DNA of 58,119 nt, from the NCBI GenBank assembly GCA_038087875.1, contig JAXLNO010000120.1, forward strand, positions 1 to 58,119, read 5' to 3'. The stretch is from Malacoraja senta (lineage: Eukaryota). How positions within the stretch are numbered: position 1 is the stretch's first letter; each line of letters begins with the position of its first letter. The translations under genes and the position numbers were made by a program. Shown piece by piece: positions 24,015 to 35,846 of the stretch. The notes under the pieces were generated by a model. That model ran no database searches and was not told where the DNA came from. It was given only the letters and a program-made list of their open reading frames with translations.

Positions 24015-25082
24015 TTAGTTCAGTTTAGTCAAGTCAAGTCAAGTCAAGTCACATTTATTTATATCGCACATTTAAAAACAACTCTCGTTGGCCAAAGTGC
24101 TTTACATTGGTATAAGAATAGTATAACAACAAACTACATACATATAGCCCTCGCTCAGAGGACGTCAAGAAAGGCTTGGGAGTACAGATGAGTTTTTAGT
24201 CTCGACTTAAAGGAGTCGATGGAGGGGGCAGTTCTGATGGGAAGAGGGATGCTGTTCCACAGTCTAGGAGTTGCAACCGCAAAGCGCGGTCGCCCCTGAG
24301 CTTATGCCTAGACCGCGGGATATTCAGCAACCCTAAGTCGGCCGATCTGAGGGACGTGGAGGTGGTGTGGTGGGTAGCAGACTTTTAATGTAGGTGGGGG
24401 CAAGCCCATTGAGGGCTTTGTAGACATAAAGGAGGATCTTGAAATTTATTCGGAACCGCACAGGGAGCTTGTGGAGAGAGGCCAGGATCGGGGTGATGTG
24501 GTCCCTTTTTCAGGTGCCCGTCAGGAGTCTCGCTGCAGCGTTTTGAACCAGTTGCAGGCGGGACAGGGAAGATTGGCTGATGCCAGTGTAAAGGGAGTTG
24601 CAATAATCTAGGCGGGAGGAGATAAATGTGTGGATGATCTTTTCGAGGTCATCAAACTGGAGGCATTGTTTTATTTTAGCTATCGTCCGAAGCTGAAAGA
24701 AGCTAGCTTTTACCACGGCATTGACTTGTTTGTCAGATTTCAGTGCCGAGTCAAATATCACGCCAAGGTTTTTGACGTGAGGTTTGAGTAGTGGGGTAAG
24801 GCTTCCAAGGCTGCCTGATATCATTTTGATTGAGTCCGAGGGGCCAAGAAGGATGACCTCAGACTTCGTCTCGTTTAGTTGGAGGAAATTCTGGGCCATC
24901 CAACACTTTATATCCTCGAGGCAGTGGATAAGGTTAAGCAGATTTGATTGTTTTTTGGGCTTTAGGGGGAGATAGAGTTGTGTATGCTGTGCCTTTCAAT
25001 GACTTGGCCTAAGGGGAGCATATCCAGGGAGAAGAGAATGGGGCCAAGGATGGAACCTTGTGGAACCCCACAGCAGAGACTA
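24015..25082 (-). mobile_element. L2 LINE 3' fragment
   Basis: [29 protein letters not shown] and QNAAARLLTG (L2 RT signature); (aagtc)n tail at about 24027-24051. Confidence 0.92.
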
Positions 25083-25084
25083 GC

Positions 25085-25535
25085 TGAGACTAGATTAGAA
25101 ATACAGCATGGAAACAAGCCCTTCAGCCCACCGAGTCCGTGCCGACCAGCGATCTCGCACACTAACACTATTCTACACACTAGGGACAATTTCCAATTTT
25201 ACCAAAGCCAGTTAATCTACAAACTTGTGTAAGAATGAATTGCACATACTGGTTTAAACCGAAGATAGACATTAAAAGCTGGAGTAACTCAGCGGGACAG
25301 GCAGCATCTCCGGAGAGAAGGAATGGATGACGTTTTGGGTTGAGACCCTTCTTCAGACTTGTACAAACTTGTACGTCTTTGCCGTGTGTGAGGAAACCGG
25401 CGCACGCAGAGAGAACCTACGCAGGTCATGGGGAGAACGCACAAACTCCGTATTCCGTAAGGACAGCACTCGTAGTCAGGATCAAACCCGGGTCTCTAGC
25501 GCTATGAGGCAGCAACTCTACCGCTGCACCACCTT
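25085..25535 (-). mobile_element. tRNA-derived SINE (HE1/V-SINE-like) with nested Penelope-type repeat (about 25232-25358)
   Basis: Head ggtgcagcggtagagttgctgcctca...gacccgggtttgatcctgac (A/B boxes) on the minus strand; matches 57181-57470. Confidence 0.85.
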
Positions 25536-27323
25536 CTATGTCTGTGTACACAAACAACATAAGGAGAAACAGCTCAGCTGGCAGAGGAACAGAGGAAATT
25601 GTTTCCTGGTCAACTGTAAAAGTCAGAGAAATCACAAAATGAAAGGTTTAAAACATGAGTGAAGTGTGTGAGGCCCTGTGCAGACAGAAAGTCTACAGCT
25701 TGTATCTGACAAATGCATTCTAGAGTGTCACTCCCAGGGAAGCACAGCCACTGAACAATTGTAATCACACAAATAAATGTGTGAATGGGTGCACTCCACC
25801 TTCAACTTCAAAAGCTGCTGAGCACATCATTGTTGATGTTAGCGTTTCTTGTGAGCAGAGTTTTTTTTCTCTCTTTTCAAACACTTTATTTTTGTCAAAC
25901 CTTTGAGTCTTAGACTTCCAGATTGCATCTAAATGCAAGCTAAACTTTGCATTTCTACATCTCTAGTGGCCACAGGAACTGCATCAGAACTGAATCTATC
26001 CGTCTCCTTTACGTCGATTAGCTTTCCAAATTCCAATCAACAACTGAAGAATTGATGCAGACATGTGACTCTCTCAGAATGCTGAAAAGGGCGAGAGGTT
26101 TCTCAGAGCAACTTGTAAACCTGCCATCCTGTTTACCCTGTTAAAAGACAACTTTCAGCCCAAGGAATTTGTTGTGTAGGAAGAAACTGCAGATGCTGGT
26201 TTAAACGGAAGATAGACAGAAAAAGCTGGAGCAACTCAGCGGGACACACAAATGTGAAGAAGGGTCTCGACCTAAAACGGCACCTATTCCTTTTCTCCTG
26301 AAATGCTGTCTGACCCGCTGAGTTACTCCAGCTTTTTCTATTTATTTCTAGGAATCAGCTCCCTGCTCTGTCACTGGATCTTTGACTTTCTGACCCACAG
26401 ACCACAAGCAGTGAGAATAGGCGAAACCTCCTCCATAATATTACTCAATACAACGATGCCAAGCAACGATGCGTTCTCAGTCCATTACTAAACTCCCTAT
26501 ACACTCACGACTGTACGGCCAAATTCAACGCTAACTCCATCCACAAGTTTTGAGGTGACACCAATGTACTGGGCTGCACTAGACAATTGCCTAACCGCCA
26601 GTGACCTTGGTAGAAACAAAAAACTGCAGATGCTGGTTTATACCAAAGATAGACACAAAGTACTGGAGTAACTCACTGGGTCAGAATTATTGCAGGTGTG
26701 TGACTATGAGAAGGCAACAGGTGTCTCAGAGCAACCTGTAAACTGAACACTAGTCATCCTGTTAAGGCAACATTCACTAAACCTTGCTCACCTGGCCTTG
26801 CCTTTCTCCTCTGGCAGCCAGCTGCTGCCTCTGCTCCTCAGCCAGAAGGCTCATGATAAATCTACAAAGGATGCCTCTTGCACTTTCCACCACCCACCCC
26901 CACCCACTGACTTTTCCCAATACACAGCCGACAGAGCAGTGGGCCTGCCCCTCATCTCTAATCCCAAAACAATTAGAAACATAGCAAATAGGTGCAGGAG
27001 TAGGCCATTCGGCCCTTCGAGCCGTTTAATATGGCTGCTCATCCAAAATCAGTACCCCGTCCCTGCTTTCTCTCCATATCCCTTGATTCCGTTGGCACTA
27101 AGAGCTTGGCCGTTAGCCATAAGAATTGGGCAAGATTTTCTGTGGGACACGGTAGGATTGTTAAACTAATCATTTCCAAGCAAGGCTCATTCATGAATGT
27201 ATGAAATGTAATTTAATTTGTAAACAACACCACTAACCTTGGACTGTGGTGTAGTTTACAAATATATGATCATCTTGTTGACATGCGTTGACTTTCTGAT
27301 CAGATTGAGACTTTGGAGTCTCA

Positions 27324-27652
27324 TGGGCCTGTCCCACTTACGCAACTTTTTCGGTGACTTGCCGGCCCCCGTCATAGGTCGTTGCAGGTCACAGAAAATG
27401 TTCAACGTTGAAAACCCAGCGGCGACTAGAACAAGGTACGACTCTTTGGGTAACTACTCACGACCATACAGGCTTCACCCCGCGACATGTCGCCTGTATG
27501 GTCGTGAGTAGTCTCCTCATTCGCCCAAAGAGTCGTCGCATCTTTCTGGACGCCACTGAATTTTCAACATATTGAAAATTTTCAGCGACCTGCAACGACC
27601 AATGACGGGTGCCAGCAGTCGTCGAAAAAGTCACGTAAGTGGGACAGGCCCA
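27324..27652. mobile_element. PIF/Harbinger-like MITE
   Basis: TIR tgggcctgtcccacttacg / cgtaagtgggacaggccca, long imperfect internal palindrome, 3-bp TSD TCA. Confidence 0.85.
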
Positions 27653-28074
27653 TCAGAAGATGGTCAGTACAATTTCCTAAAGACTTTTTCTTGAGCTATA
27701 ATTGATTCTGAAAGCTCAGTTGAATTTTTGGGCCACATCCAAGTCACAGCTCATCCTTTCCCTTTAAAATATCAATTTCTGAAATGAATAAAAGCAAACT
27801 ATTTGAGTCCACCACCACATCAACACACACAGAAACGTAACATTCAACACTAATTTGTATCAACCATCGATGATGGCCTGACTCTGTTCACCAAAATCAA
27901 ACCTGAATTAACTGATTACAAATCAAATAGTGGCAAAAGCAAACTGCAGCTTATGCCTATCCACATATTGCTGCTGATTTTGGCAGTAGTGTTGAGATAA
28001 GAAACAAACTGCAAAGGTCAAGGAGTCACTGAATCACTGCAATAGGCAACGTTGGATGGGTTGAGCTGGCCTTA

Positions 28075-28375
28075 ATGTCAATCATTGTCATATTGACAAG
28101 TTGGAAGATTAGAATTAGACCATTCGGCCCATCAAGTCCACTCCGCCATTCAATCATGGCTGATCTCTGCCTCCTAATCCCATTTTCCTATCTTCTCCCC
28201 ATAACCCTCGACACCCGTTCTATTCAAGAATTTGTCTATCTCTGCCTTAAAAATATCCACTGACTTGGCCTCCACAGCCCTCTGTGGCAATGCGTTCCAC
28301 AGATTAATTACCTCTGACTAAAGAAGTTCCTGCTCACCTCCTTTCTAAAAGAGCGCCCTTTAATTTTGAGGCAAT
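28075..28375 (-). mobile_element. CR1 3' end fragment
   Basis: ccattcggccc...ccgccattcaatcatggctgatc 3' UTR and ccttaaaaatatccactgacttggcctccacagc. Confidence 0.85.
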
Positions 28376-28898
28376 GATGCCACAGCAAGCATCCTCTCGT
28401 AGTTTCAGTTGATGGAATATATGCTGCAGAATGTTGTCAGATTAGCCAAACACTAGTGCTTGGTCTGCCAACATACTGGATCTTCCAGTTGCTCACCATT
28501 TTAACTGCCCTTCACATTCCCATCATAAGCTTTCTGTCCTCAGCCTCCTCCATTGCCAGAGTGAGGCAACACATAAACTGGAGAAGCAGCATTTCATCCA
28601 CATTGAACATTGAAATCACTAACTTCTCTTCTAGTTTTCTCCCTCCTCCCGATCACCATCAATCTGAAGAAAGGTCTTGACCCAAAATATCACCTATCCA
28701 TGTTCTCCAGAGATTCTGTCTGTCTGACCCATTGAGTTACTCCAGCACTTTGAGTCTTTTTTTGTAAACCAGCATCTGCAGTTGCTGGTATTTCCTATAC
28801 AAGCAGTTGGCTTAAAACTTTAAGAAATTGGCATCCATATAGAAGGTAGAAAGACAGGCAGCAGGACTTCCTGTTTAGAACATCTCAGTAAACCTTAC

Positions 28899-28939
28899 CC
28901 CAGCACAAATGTTACAAAAAATTAGGCCCAAAAGTGGAA
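28899..28939 (-). other. Candidate 41-nt non-coding exon
   Basis: Long polypyrimidine tract ending ctctctcag, then the exon, then donor GGG|gtaagg; upstream donor ACG|gtaaga at 29186/29185. Confidence 0.45.
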
Positions 28940-29099
28940 CTGAGAGAGGAGGCAGATGCAAGTGGGAGACAGGGAGAGACGGTGAGAGGTGGGGGAAAGA
29001 GGTTTCAGTTGGACAAACAACCACTGGTAAAGCCATGGCTCGTTGCTTCTAGGAGAGTGGAGAAAATGTCCTCAATCGACAGACTGCAACTTCAGAAAC

Positions 29100-30720
29100 C
29101 CCTCGTCTCCACCGCGCTGGAGATTTCCGCTGGTGCAAGGTACAAATGACCTAAAGTTTGCGTTGAGTGAACTGAGTGTTCTTACCGTCCTCGTCGTACA
29201 CCGGCGTTTTGTGAGAGTGGTTGTATCCCGGGATCCAGGGATGGAGGAGTCAGCAGCCGACAGACAGGTGAGCGGGGCCACGGTAGCTGGTGCCTCTCCC
29301 TCCACTCACTCGCCGCTGGAAGAAGTGATACCTCTACACCCCGGGTCGAGAGCTGCCTCCTCCATCCCGCTGCTCAGCGGCAGCTGACTAGGATCCCACA
29401 GCATCACCGATGCCTCACATCAGCTCCTGATCCCCCGCCCGCCCGCCTGTCTGTCTGTCTGTCCGGATAATGTGACCGACGTTGGTTGAGCTGAAGCTGG
29501 GATCCAACCACTCTCACAAAACGCCGGTGTCCGGCGGCGAGAATGTTAACAACACAGTTCACTCAACGCAAACTTCAGGTCCTTTGTTCCTTAGTTGCGC
29601 CCGTGGAAATCCCCGCTCCCAACCATCCCAACCACGCACACACACACACACGTCTAATGTGTAGGAGGTGTGAAGGAGGCTCTTCTATCCACAGGTCCGC
29701 GGACGGGAGTGTCGGTCGGTCCAGGCCCGCAGGCAGTGCGGAGGGGAGACGCCGGTGGGGTTGAGCTGGAGTTGGTGCTTCTTATCCACTAACAAGGGGA
29801 TTTCAGTATAGGAGTAAAGAGGTTCTTCTGCAGTTGTATAGGGCTCTGGTGAGACCACATCTGGAGTATTGTGTACAGTTTTGGTCTCCTAATTTGAGGA
29901 AGGACATCCTTGTGATTGAGGCAGTGCAGCGTAGGTTCACGAGATTGATCCCTGGGATGGCGGGACTGTCATATGAGGAAAGATTGAAAAGTCTAGGCTT
30001 GTATTCACTGGAGTTTAGAAGGATGAGGGGGAATCTTATAGAAACATATAAAATTATAAAAGGACTGGACAAGCTAGATGCAGGAAAAATGTTCCCAATG
30101 TTGGGTGAGTCCAGAACCAGGGGCCACAGTCTTTGAATAAAGGGGAGGTCATTTAAGACTGAGGTGAGAAAAAACTTTTCACCCAGGGTTGTGAATTTAT
30201 GGAATTCCCTGCCACAGAGGGCAGTGGAGGCCAAGTCACTGGATGGATTTCAGAGAGAGTTAGACAGAGCTCTAGGGGCTAGTGGAGTCACGGGATATGG
30301 GGAGAAGGCAGGCACAGGGTACTGATAGGGGACGATCAGCAATGATCACAATGAATGGCGGTGCTGGCTCAAAGGGCCGAATGGCCACCTCCTGCACCTA
30401 TGTTTCTTTGTTTCTATGACGGGCCAGCGCCCCGCCAGGACAGGCAGAGTTGGAGCCGGCACCAACGCCCCCGGCCCGGGGCCGCCCCAGACGGGACGGA
30501 GACTGGGATGGCCCAGCGGCGGCTGGATAGGGACAAGACGCAGGTCTTCATCCATCCATTGGCACGGCCACCACCAGTGTTTAGCCCGAGCCACCTATGA
30601 CCTGTGCATTCACAGGCGGAATAACGAACTGGCTTATTATAAATCGCTTTAGCGATAGCATCGGGACTCTACCTAGGCATGCTTATATTTAACATGTTTG
30701 CATGAATGGCCCTCAGACGC
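29100..30720. promoter_or_regulatory. CpG-rich island-like region with a ~110-bp inverted duplication, split by a CR1 insertion
   Basis: High CpG density at 29100-29770 and 30417-30720; 29120-29230 is the imperfect reverse complement of 29500-29612. Confidence 0.55.
29790..30417 (+). mobile_element. CR1 3' fragment
   Basis: YRALVRPHLEYCVQFWSP...ESRTRGHSL and 3' UTR ending tttctatg. Confidence 0.95.
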
Positions 30721-31012
30721 TTAGTGAATCTGTCCCAGCCGTCCACAATACCCTTGCTCATGTGTTTTGGGATTTGTAATATGGGTCAGGCACTGTGCTG
30801 TTGGCTGTGTATTGGAAGGAAGTCTGTGGGGTGGGATAGTGTGCGGGCTTCTGCCATTGACAATGTCTGAATGCATCACTGGGCTGGGGGTTGGAGTTGT
30901 GGGTGAGACCCCCTCTATCTCTGATGAACTTCCCTGCACCAACAGCCCTCCTTGCTCTCTGACGGCACACCTCGCACTCCTGAACCGGGACGATTCAGGC
31001 TCCTATATCTTA

Positions 31013-31950
31013 CTAGACTAAGTCCCAGTCACACGGGAGGGAGGCCTGGTTCCCCCAACGCAATATTCCACTACTCACCCATAGCCCCTAACTTCCCCTC
31101 ATCCCCCAGCACTCCCTCACCCTCATGGGGAGGGGAGGAGGGAAGTGGGGTGTGTGGCCGGGGGTGTGGGGTGGGAGGGGAGGTGTGTATGTGGGCGGGA
31201 GGGGTGTGGGAGGGGGGATTTGGGAGGGGGGAGTGTGTGAACAAGGGAGAATGTTTGGGCGGGGGAGCGGTGTGTGGATGGGGGGTTGTGGGGGAGTGGT
31301 GTGTGGGCGGGGAGGGAGGGGTAGAGAGCTCGGAGAAAATACAGGGGAAGAGCCATGGGGGAGAAGGGGGTATCACCGGAGCCAGCGAGGGGGACCAGAG
31401 GGGTAGTGGCTGGAATTGGCAGTGCGATGGGGACTCACAGTGGGCGCTGGTCGTTCTCCTACGGTGGGATCAGAGTCTCCGCTTTCCTTTTGGCGACATC
31501 TCCGACTCAACTCCATACACCCCCCTCCCCCACACCCTCCTCCCCCCACAACCGCCCTCCCCCCACAACCACAACCCCGCCCCTCCCCCACAACCCCCCT
31601 CCCCCACAACCCCCCTCCCACACCCTCCTCCCCCACAACCCCAACCCTGCCCCTCCCCCCACAACCCCCCTCCTCCACACAACCCCCCCCACACCCTCCT
31701 CCCCCCACAACCTCAACCCCGCCTCTCCCCCAACAACCCCAACCCCGCCACCCCCACAACCCCCCCTCCTCCACAAAACCCCTCCCCCGTTAAAATAAAA
31801 TTAAAATAGTTAAAATAAAAATGAAAAGGTTATTAAAGTAGATGAATGAAAATGAAAAAAACGTTCAAATTAAGGATGTTTCATTCTAAATATATTTAAT
31901 ATAAAATAATTATGAATAATATAAAACACTATTAACATTTATGACAGAAA
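31013..31950 (-). mobile_element. Non-autonomous Helitron (3' end certain, 5' end uncertain) with G-rich and C-rich low-complexity cargo
   Basis: Reverse complement of 31013-31075 reads gtggaatattgcgttggggg..ccctcccgtgtga..acttagtCTAG|T, matching the 3' end of the 52182-53041 Helitron; the subterminal hairpin is partly deleted. Confidence 0.65.
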
Positions 31951-32023
31951 TTTACATTGTTGCGGGAAATCAACTTTGAATCCAGGTTAGTGTTGCAGAG
32001 TGCGGGGCAGCCGAGCTCCAGAA

Positions 32024-32136
32024 TCACATCGCTGCTTCTCCGTGGACACGGAACGGTAGAGGCCAGTGTATTCTGGATGGCCCCAGTTGTTATTCACCCG
32101 CAGTTCAGTGAATTTGTAAACGGCAGCATCTTTATT
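32024..32136 (-). pseudogene. SUN terminal exon (frameshifted)
   Basis: NKDAAVYKFTELRVNNNWGHPEYTGLYR, then a 1-nt deletion near 32053; the corrected frame reads FRVHGEAAM*. Confidence 0.93.
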
Positions 32137-33449
32137 CTACAAAGCAAAAAAACATGATGACAGATCAGGGAACCTGTGCTTCAGTCTGAAAGTACTGTAC
32201 GCAGGAGAGAAGATGGATTAGCGACAAACCAGACTTCAAACATCCTGCTGATCATGGATTTCAGGACATTCTATTCAATTACACACAGCATTGATACAAG
32301 CATTGTATCATGGAAAAGGTAGATGCTTTACAGAGGTATAAGGGGAACATGGATCTCAAATGACAGCAGGAAATACTGGGAGCAACAGCTTTACTCCATG
32401 TAGCATCGTGGATGAGGAGAGAACATGCTTACTTACACAGGCTTGCTTTGTGGAAACTGACAAATTGTGAATAAAGTGGCCATGAAAAATAAACTTCTAT
32501 TCTGGAAAGATAAAATGCTGGAGTAACTCAGTGGGTCGGCAGCATTCCTGGACCTGCCTTACCTGCTGAGTTACTCCAGCATCTTGTGTCTTTCCTCGGT
32601 AAACCAGCATCTGCAGGTTCTTGTTTCTACAATCTGTAATCTGGATTGGTTCAGCAAGTTTGAAACTTGTAGATGCTTCAAGTAGATCAGCCACTGATCC
32701 AGCTCTCCTCAGTTTCCCTATCTCTGCATCTGAAAACATGTTTATCCTTGACCAGATTGTATGAATGGTCAATTAAAAAAAGTATCTGTGCACACCTGCT
32801 GCCTGACCCGAGTATTTCAGGCATTGTGTTTTAGTCCTCCATCACTTGCAGATTTGCTATTTTATATTTGTAACTTGTCATTTGTTCCAGTCAATACGAT
32901 ATTTGTGATAATACGTGTCTGAAGAAGGGCCTCGACCTGAAATGCTTCCCATTCCTTCTCTCCAAAGATGCTGCCTGACCCACTGAGTTACTCCTGCATT
33001 TTGTGTTCATCTTCAGCATAAAGCATCTGCAGCATCAACATTTCCTTCTTACACAATGCGCTATTTGTAAATCACAAACTCCTGACATACTTGCCCAATA
33101 TATTTAATCTTCAGCAAAAGACACATGTGAGAGAACTTACTGACAGTCCATCTCATCCCGTGGGTCAGATCTTACAGCCAAGACCCATGAGTATTACTGA
33201 AGGGGGCTGCAAATCTGTTCAGTTGAGAAGGGATCAGCTGCAAATAAGATTGGGGGAAGGGGGTTGGACAGGAATCCACAATAGGGCCTCCATTGTAAGT
33301 CTTAGCTGATCAGTGGCGCAGGAACATGAAAGATTGGGGTTAGATCTAGGGGATCAAGAGGCCAGTACAGGGCCCACCTTAGGTTCCAACCAGTGTTGCA
33401 TTGTCAATGGGGAAAGAAATTGTGGAGAACAATACATCCAGAATGAAGG

Positions 33450-34362
33450 AGCTCGGTGAAATTAGCATTAGTAAAACAAAAAAGCATTGGGGGAAATAAA
33501 GCAACTAAAGATGATAAATCCCCATGGCTGGACAAACTGCATCTTAATATTTTGAAAGATGGCTATAGCAACAGTGGTTGTCATCTTTCAAAATTCCATA
33601 AATTGTCGAACTTTCCCCACAAAACAGAAGGTAGCAAATTCCAGAAAGGAGGGAGATTTAAAAAAAGGAAAGTTTCAGATCATTCTGCCTTTTAGAGTTA
33701 TGGAAAATAATGCAATCTATTAATACAGAAGTAGCAACATGATGCTTAAAATAAATAGGCTGGGTAGGGTCAAGATTGATTTTCAATGACAAATGTTTGA
33801 CAAATCCATTCAAGTTTTTTTTTAAAGGTTTAAATAGAAGGTGTAAGGGTGTGTATTTAGACTTTCAGAAAGTGTCCAACTAAGTCCCATTAATAATTTG
33901 AACGAAGGGAGCAAAATGTATAGAACTTTGCTAACCAAAGCAGGGTGGCTGTGTGAGCTGAACAGGATTAGGAGAGGCTTCTTTGGATAATGACAGGTTA
34001 AATGAATGAGCAGGGACATGCAGATGAAATATCATGCAGAAAAATGGTTGGAAGAAACACAAAAAAGTATGTTCTTTATGACACAGTATCCTGGGCATGA
34101 TCAACTTGGTTGTACGTATGTGGTAATGCCCCAAAAGAAGAAAGAGAAAAAAATGTGAGTCTGTGGAATTCTCTGCCACAGAGGGCGCTTCTCTGGAAAC
34201 TTTCAAGAGAGAGCAAGATAGAGCTCTTGAAGATAGCGGAGTCAGGGGATATGGGGAGAAGGCAGGAGCAGGGTGCTCATTGTGGATGATCAGCCATGAT
34301 CACATTGAATGGCGGTGCTGGCTTGAATGGCCATATGGACTACTCCTGCACCTATTGTCTAT
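33450..34362 (+). mobile_element. Old CR1 fragments
   Basis: Degenerate RT remnants (gataaatcccc, tttagactttcagaaag) and a 3' end at 34160-34362. Confidence 0.7.
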
Positions 34363-34411
34363 TGATCGTGTTAGTGTGCGGGGATTCCTGGTCGCTGGTC
34401 GGTGCGGACTA

Positions 34412-35040
34412 AGGGCCTGTCCCACTTGGGCCGTCACTTACGCAACAGGCCGGTAGTGACGGTCGCGCGATGGTCCCGTGAGAGTCGCGCGTGTCATCAT
34501 GCGCCCGTACAGTCGTCTGGAGCACGTGACGTCATTTGAAGATGGGCACAAAATGCAGGAGTAACTCAGCGGGACCGGCAGCATCTCTGGAGAGAAGGAA
34601 TGGATGATATTTTGGGTCTGAAAGAAGGGTCTTGACCCGAAACGTCACCCATTCCTTCTCTCCAGAGATGCTGCCTGTCCCGCTGAGTTACTCCGGCATT
34701 TTATGTCTATCTTGAATCGTCTTGGCCCCGATCTAGGAGTAGAAGTGGGGGCGGACCCGGATCCGCAACGGCCGTGAGTCCCAGGCTGAGTTTGACGATC
34801 GTTTGCTTGCTTCAGCTACTGTTGGAGGTGAGACGTTGCGTCGCGCCAGGGTCTTGGGCCTGTCCCACTTTGGCCGTCAGTTACGCGACAGGCCGTTGGC
34901 GCGTGAAGATTTCGTGCAGGACGAAGTCCACACTCCTCCACACCACACCATGCGCCCGTCCCCGTGCTACCCACGTACTACCCACACGCTAGCAAGTCGC
35001 GTAAATGGCGCGCGAAAGACAGCCAAGTGGGACAGGCCCT
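34412..35040 (+). mobile_element. PIF/Harbinger-like MITE with internal fold-back hammerhead-core element, inserted in a SINE tail
   Basis: TIR agggcctgtcccacttgg / ccaagtgggacaggccct; internal extra TIR copy near 34855; fold-back at about 34537-34715. Confidence 0.8.
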
Positions 35041-35297
35041 TAAGGCCCTGTTTCAGCACTGCATCTTTAAGCTAAACTAAAACATGGGTGAAGTCAGCAC
35101 CAAAACTCAGAATCATAGTTCAAACACCAGTGAGTGAACTGTCAAATATTGGCACATGCCAGATTTTGGTTAACAGTTACTACATCGCAAAATATATTTT
35201 GTAAAAGATAGATAAATATTGGAGGCAAAGGAAAATAAAAGCTTGCAGGAAAAGGCGAAGGTTATAGGATTGTTCCAGCAAAGAATCACTTCCATAC

Positions 35298-35390
35298 CTG
35301 CACCTCAAACGTCTGGATTGAATCCCCTTCCACGTTGTACATGTATTGTCCCAATAGGATCACTTCGGCTTGATTTTCATCATCCAAGCC
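35298..35390 (-). pseudogene. SUN exon
   Basis: 93 nt, GLDDENQAEVILLGQYMYNVEGDSIQTFEVQ; ttcacag| acceptor and |gtatgg donor. Confidence 0.93.
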
Positions 35391-35416
35391 CTGTGAACAA
35401 GTAGAAATTAGCAAGC

Positions 35417-35458
<42 letters not shown>

Positions 35459-35846
35459 AATTTTTTTAATAGAAGTACGGTAGATTACAGTAATGTACAA
35501 CACGTATATATTAATACATTTTTTGTACCGCTTCACTTTTTTAAACTTTAAGAAAGAAAAAGAAAGAAGTAAGAAAAGTGAAGAAAGTGCGCAAAGGTTG
35601 TGAAGTGCAAAAGAGTGTTGGGAAAAGAAAGCCCCTTAGAAAAGAAGTTAGAGAAGGAAGTAAAGTTAGAAAATAGACCCTAGAAAAGAAAGAGAAAGAA
35701 AGAAGGAACAATCGCTCTATTATAACTCTTATAACATACTTCATAGAGAAGGAACTACCAACCAAGTCTGTTTTTGTTTTACCTCCCATTACCAGGTCCA
35801 GATACCTTTTATTTATTTATTTGTTTTTCTAAATTACTATTGCACC

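Larger units (their letters stand above)
19700..27960. repeat. Old tandem segmental duplication array of a roughly 2-kb non-coding unit (TE-interrupted)
   Basis: Recurrent blocks: X (aacactaa..ttgttca..aaatc..aactg) at about 19725, 22010/23780 and 27840; Y (ggtcaact.taaaagtcagagaa..agacagaaagtc) at about 20257 and 25607; Z (aaat.caagc..gagcaacttgtaaac..cccaatacac..cccaaaac) at about 20540, 21155 and 25920-26970; W (ctcatc.tttcc.tttaaaat) at about 21920 and 27750. Confidence 0.8.

Noticed and set aside
19720..27950. Repeated blocks as a snoRNA or miRNA cluster
   Set aside because: A TGATGA C-box appears in only one X copy with no conserved CTGA D-box; the visible hairpins are too short for pre-miRNAs.
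30952..31809. Pro/Gly-rich ORFs in several frames
   Set aside because: Low-complexity G and C tracts lack stop codons; the same applies to ORFs at 987-1559 and 5428-6127.
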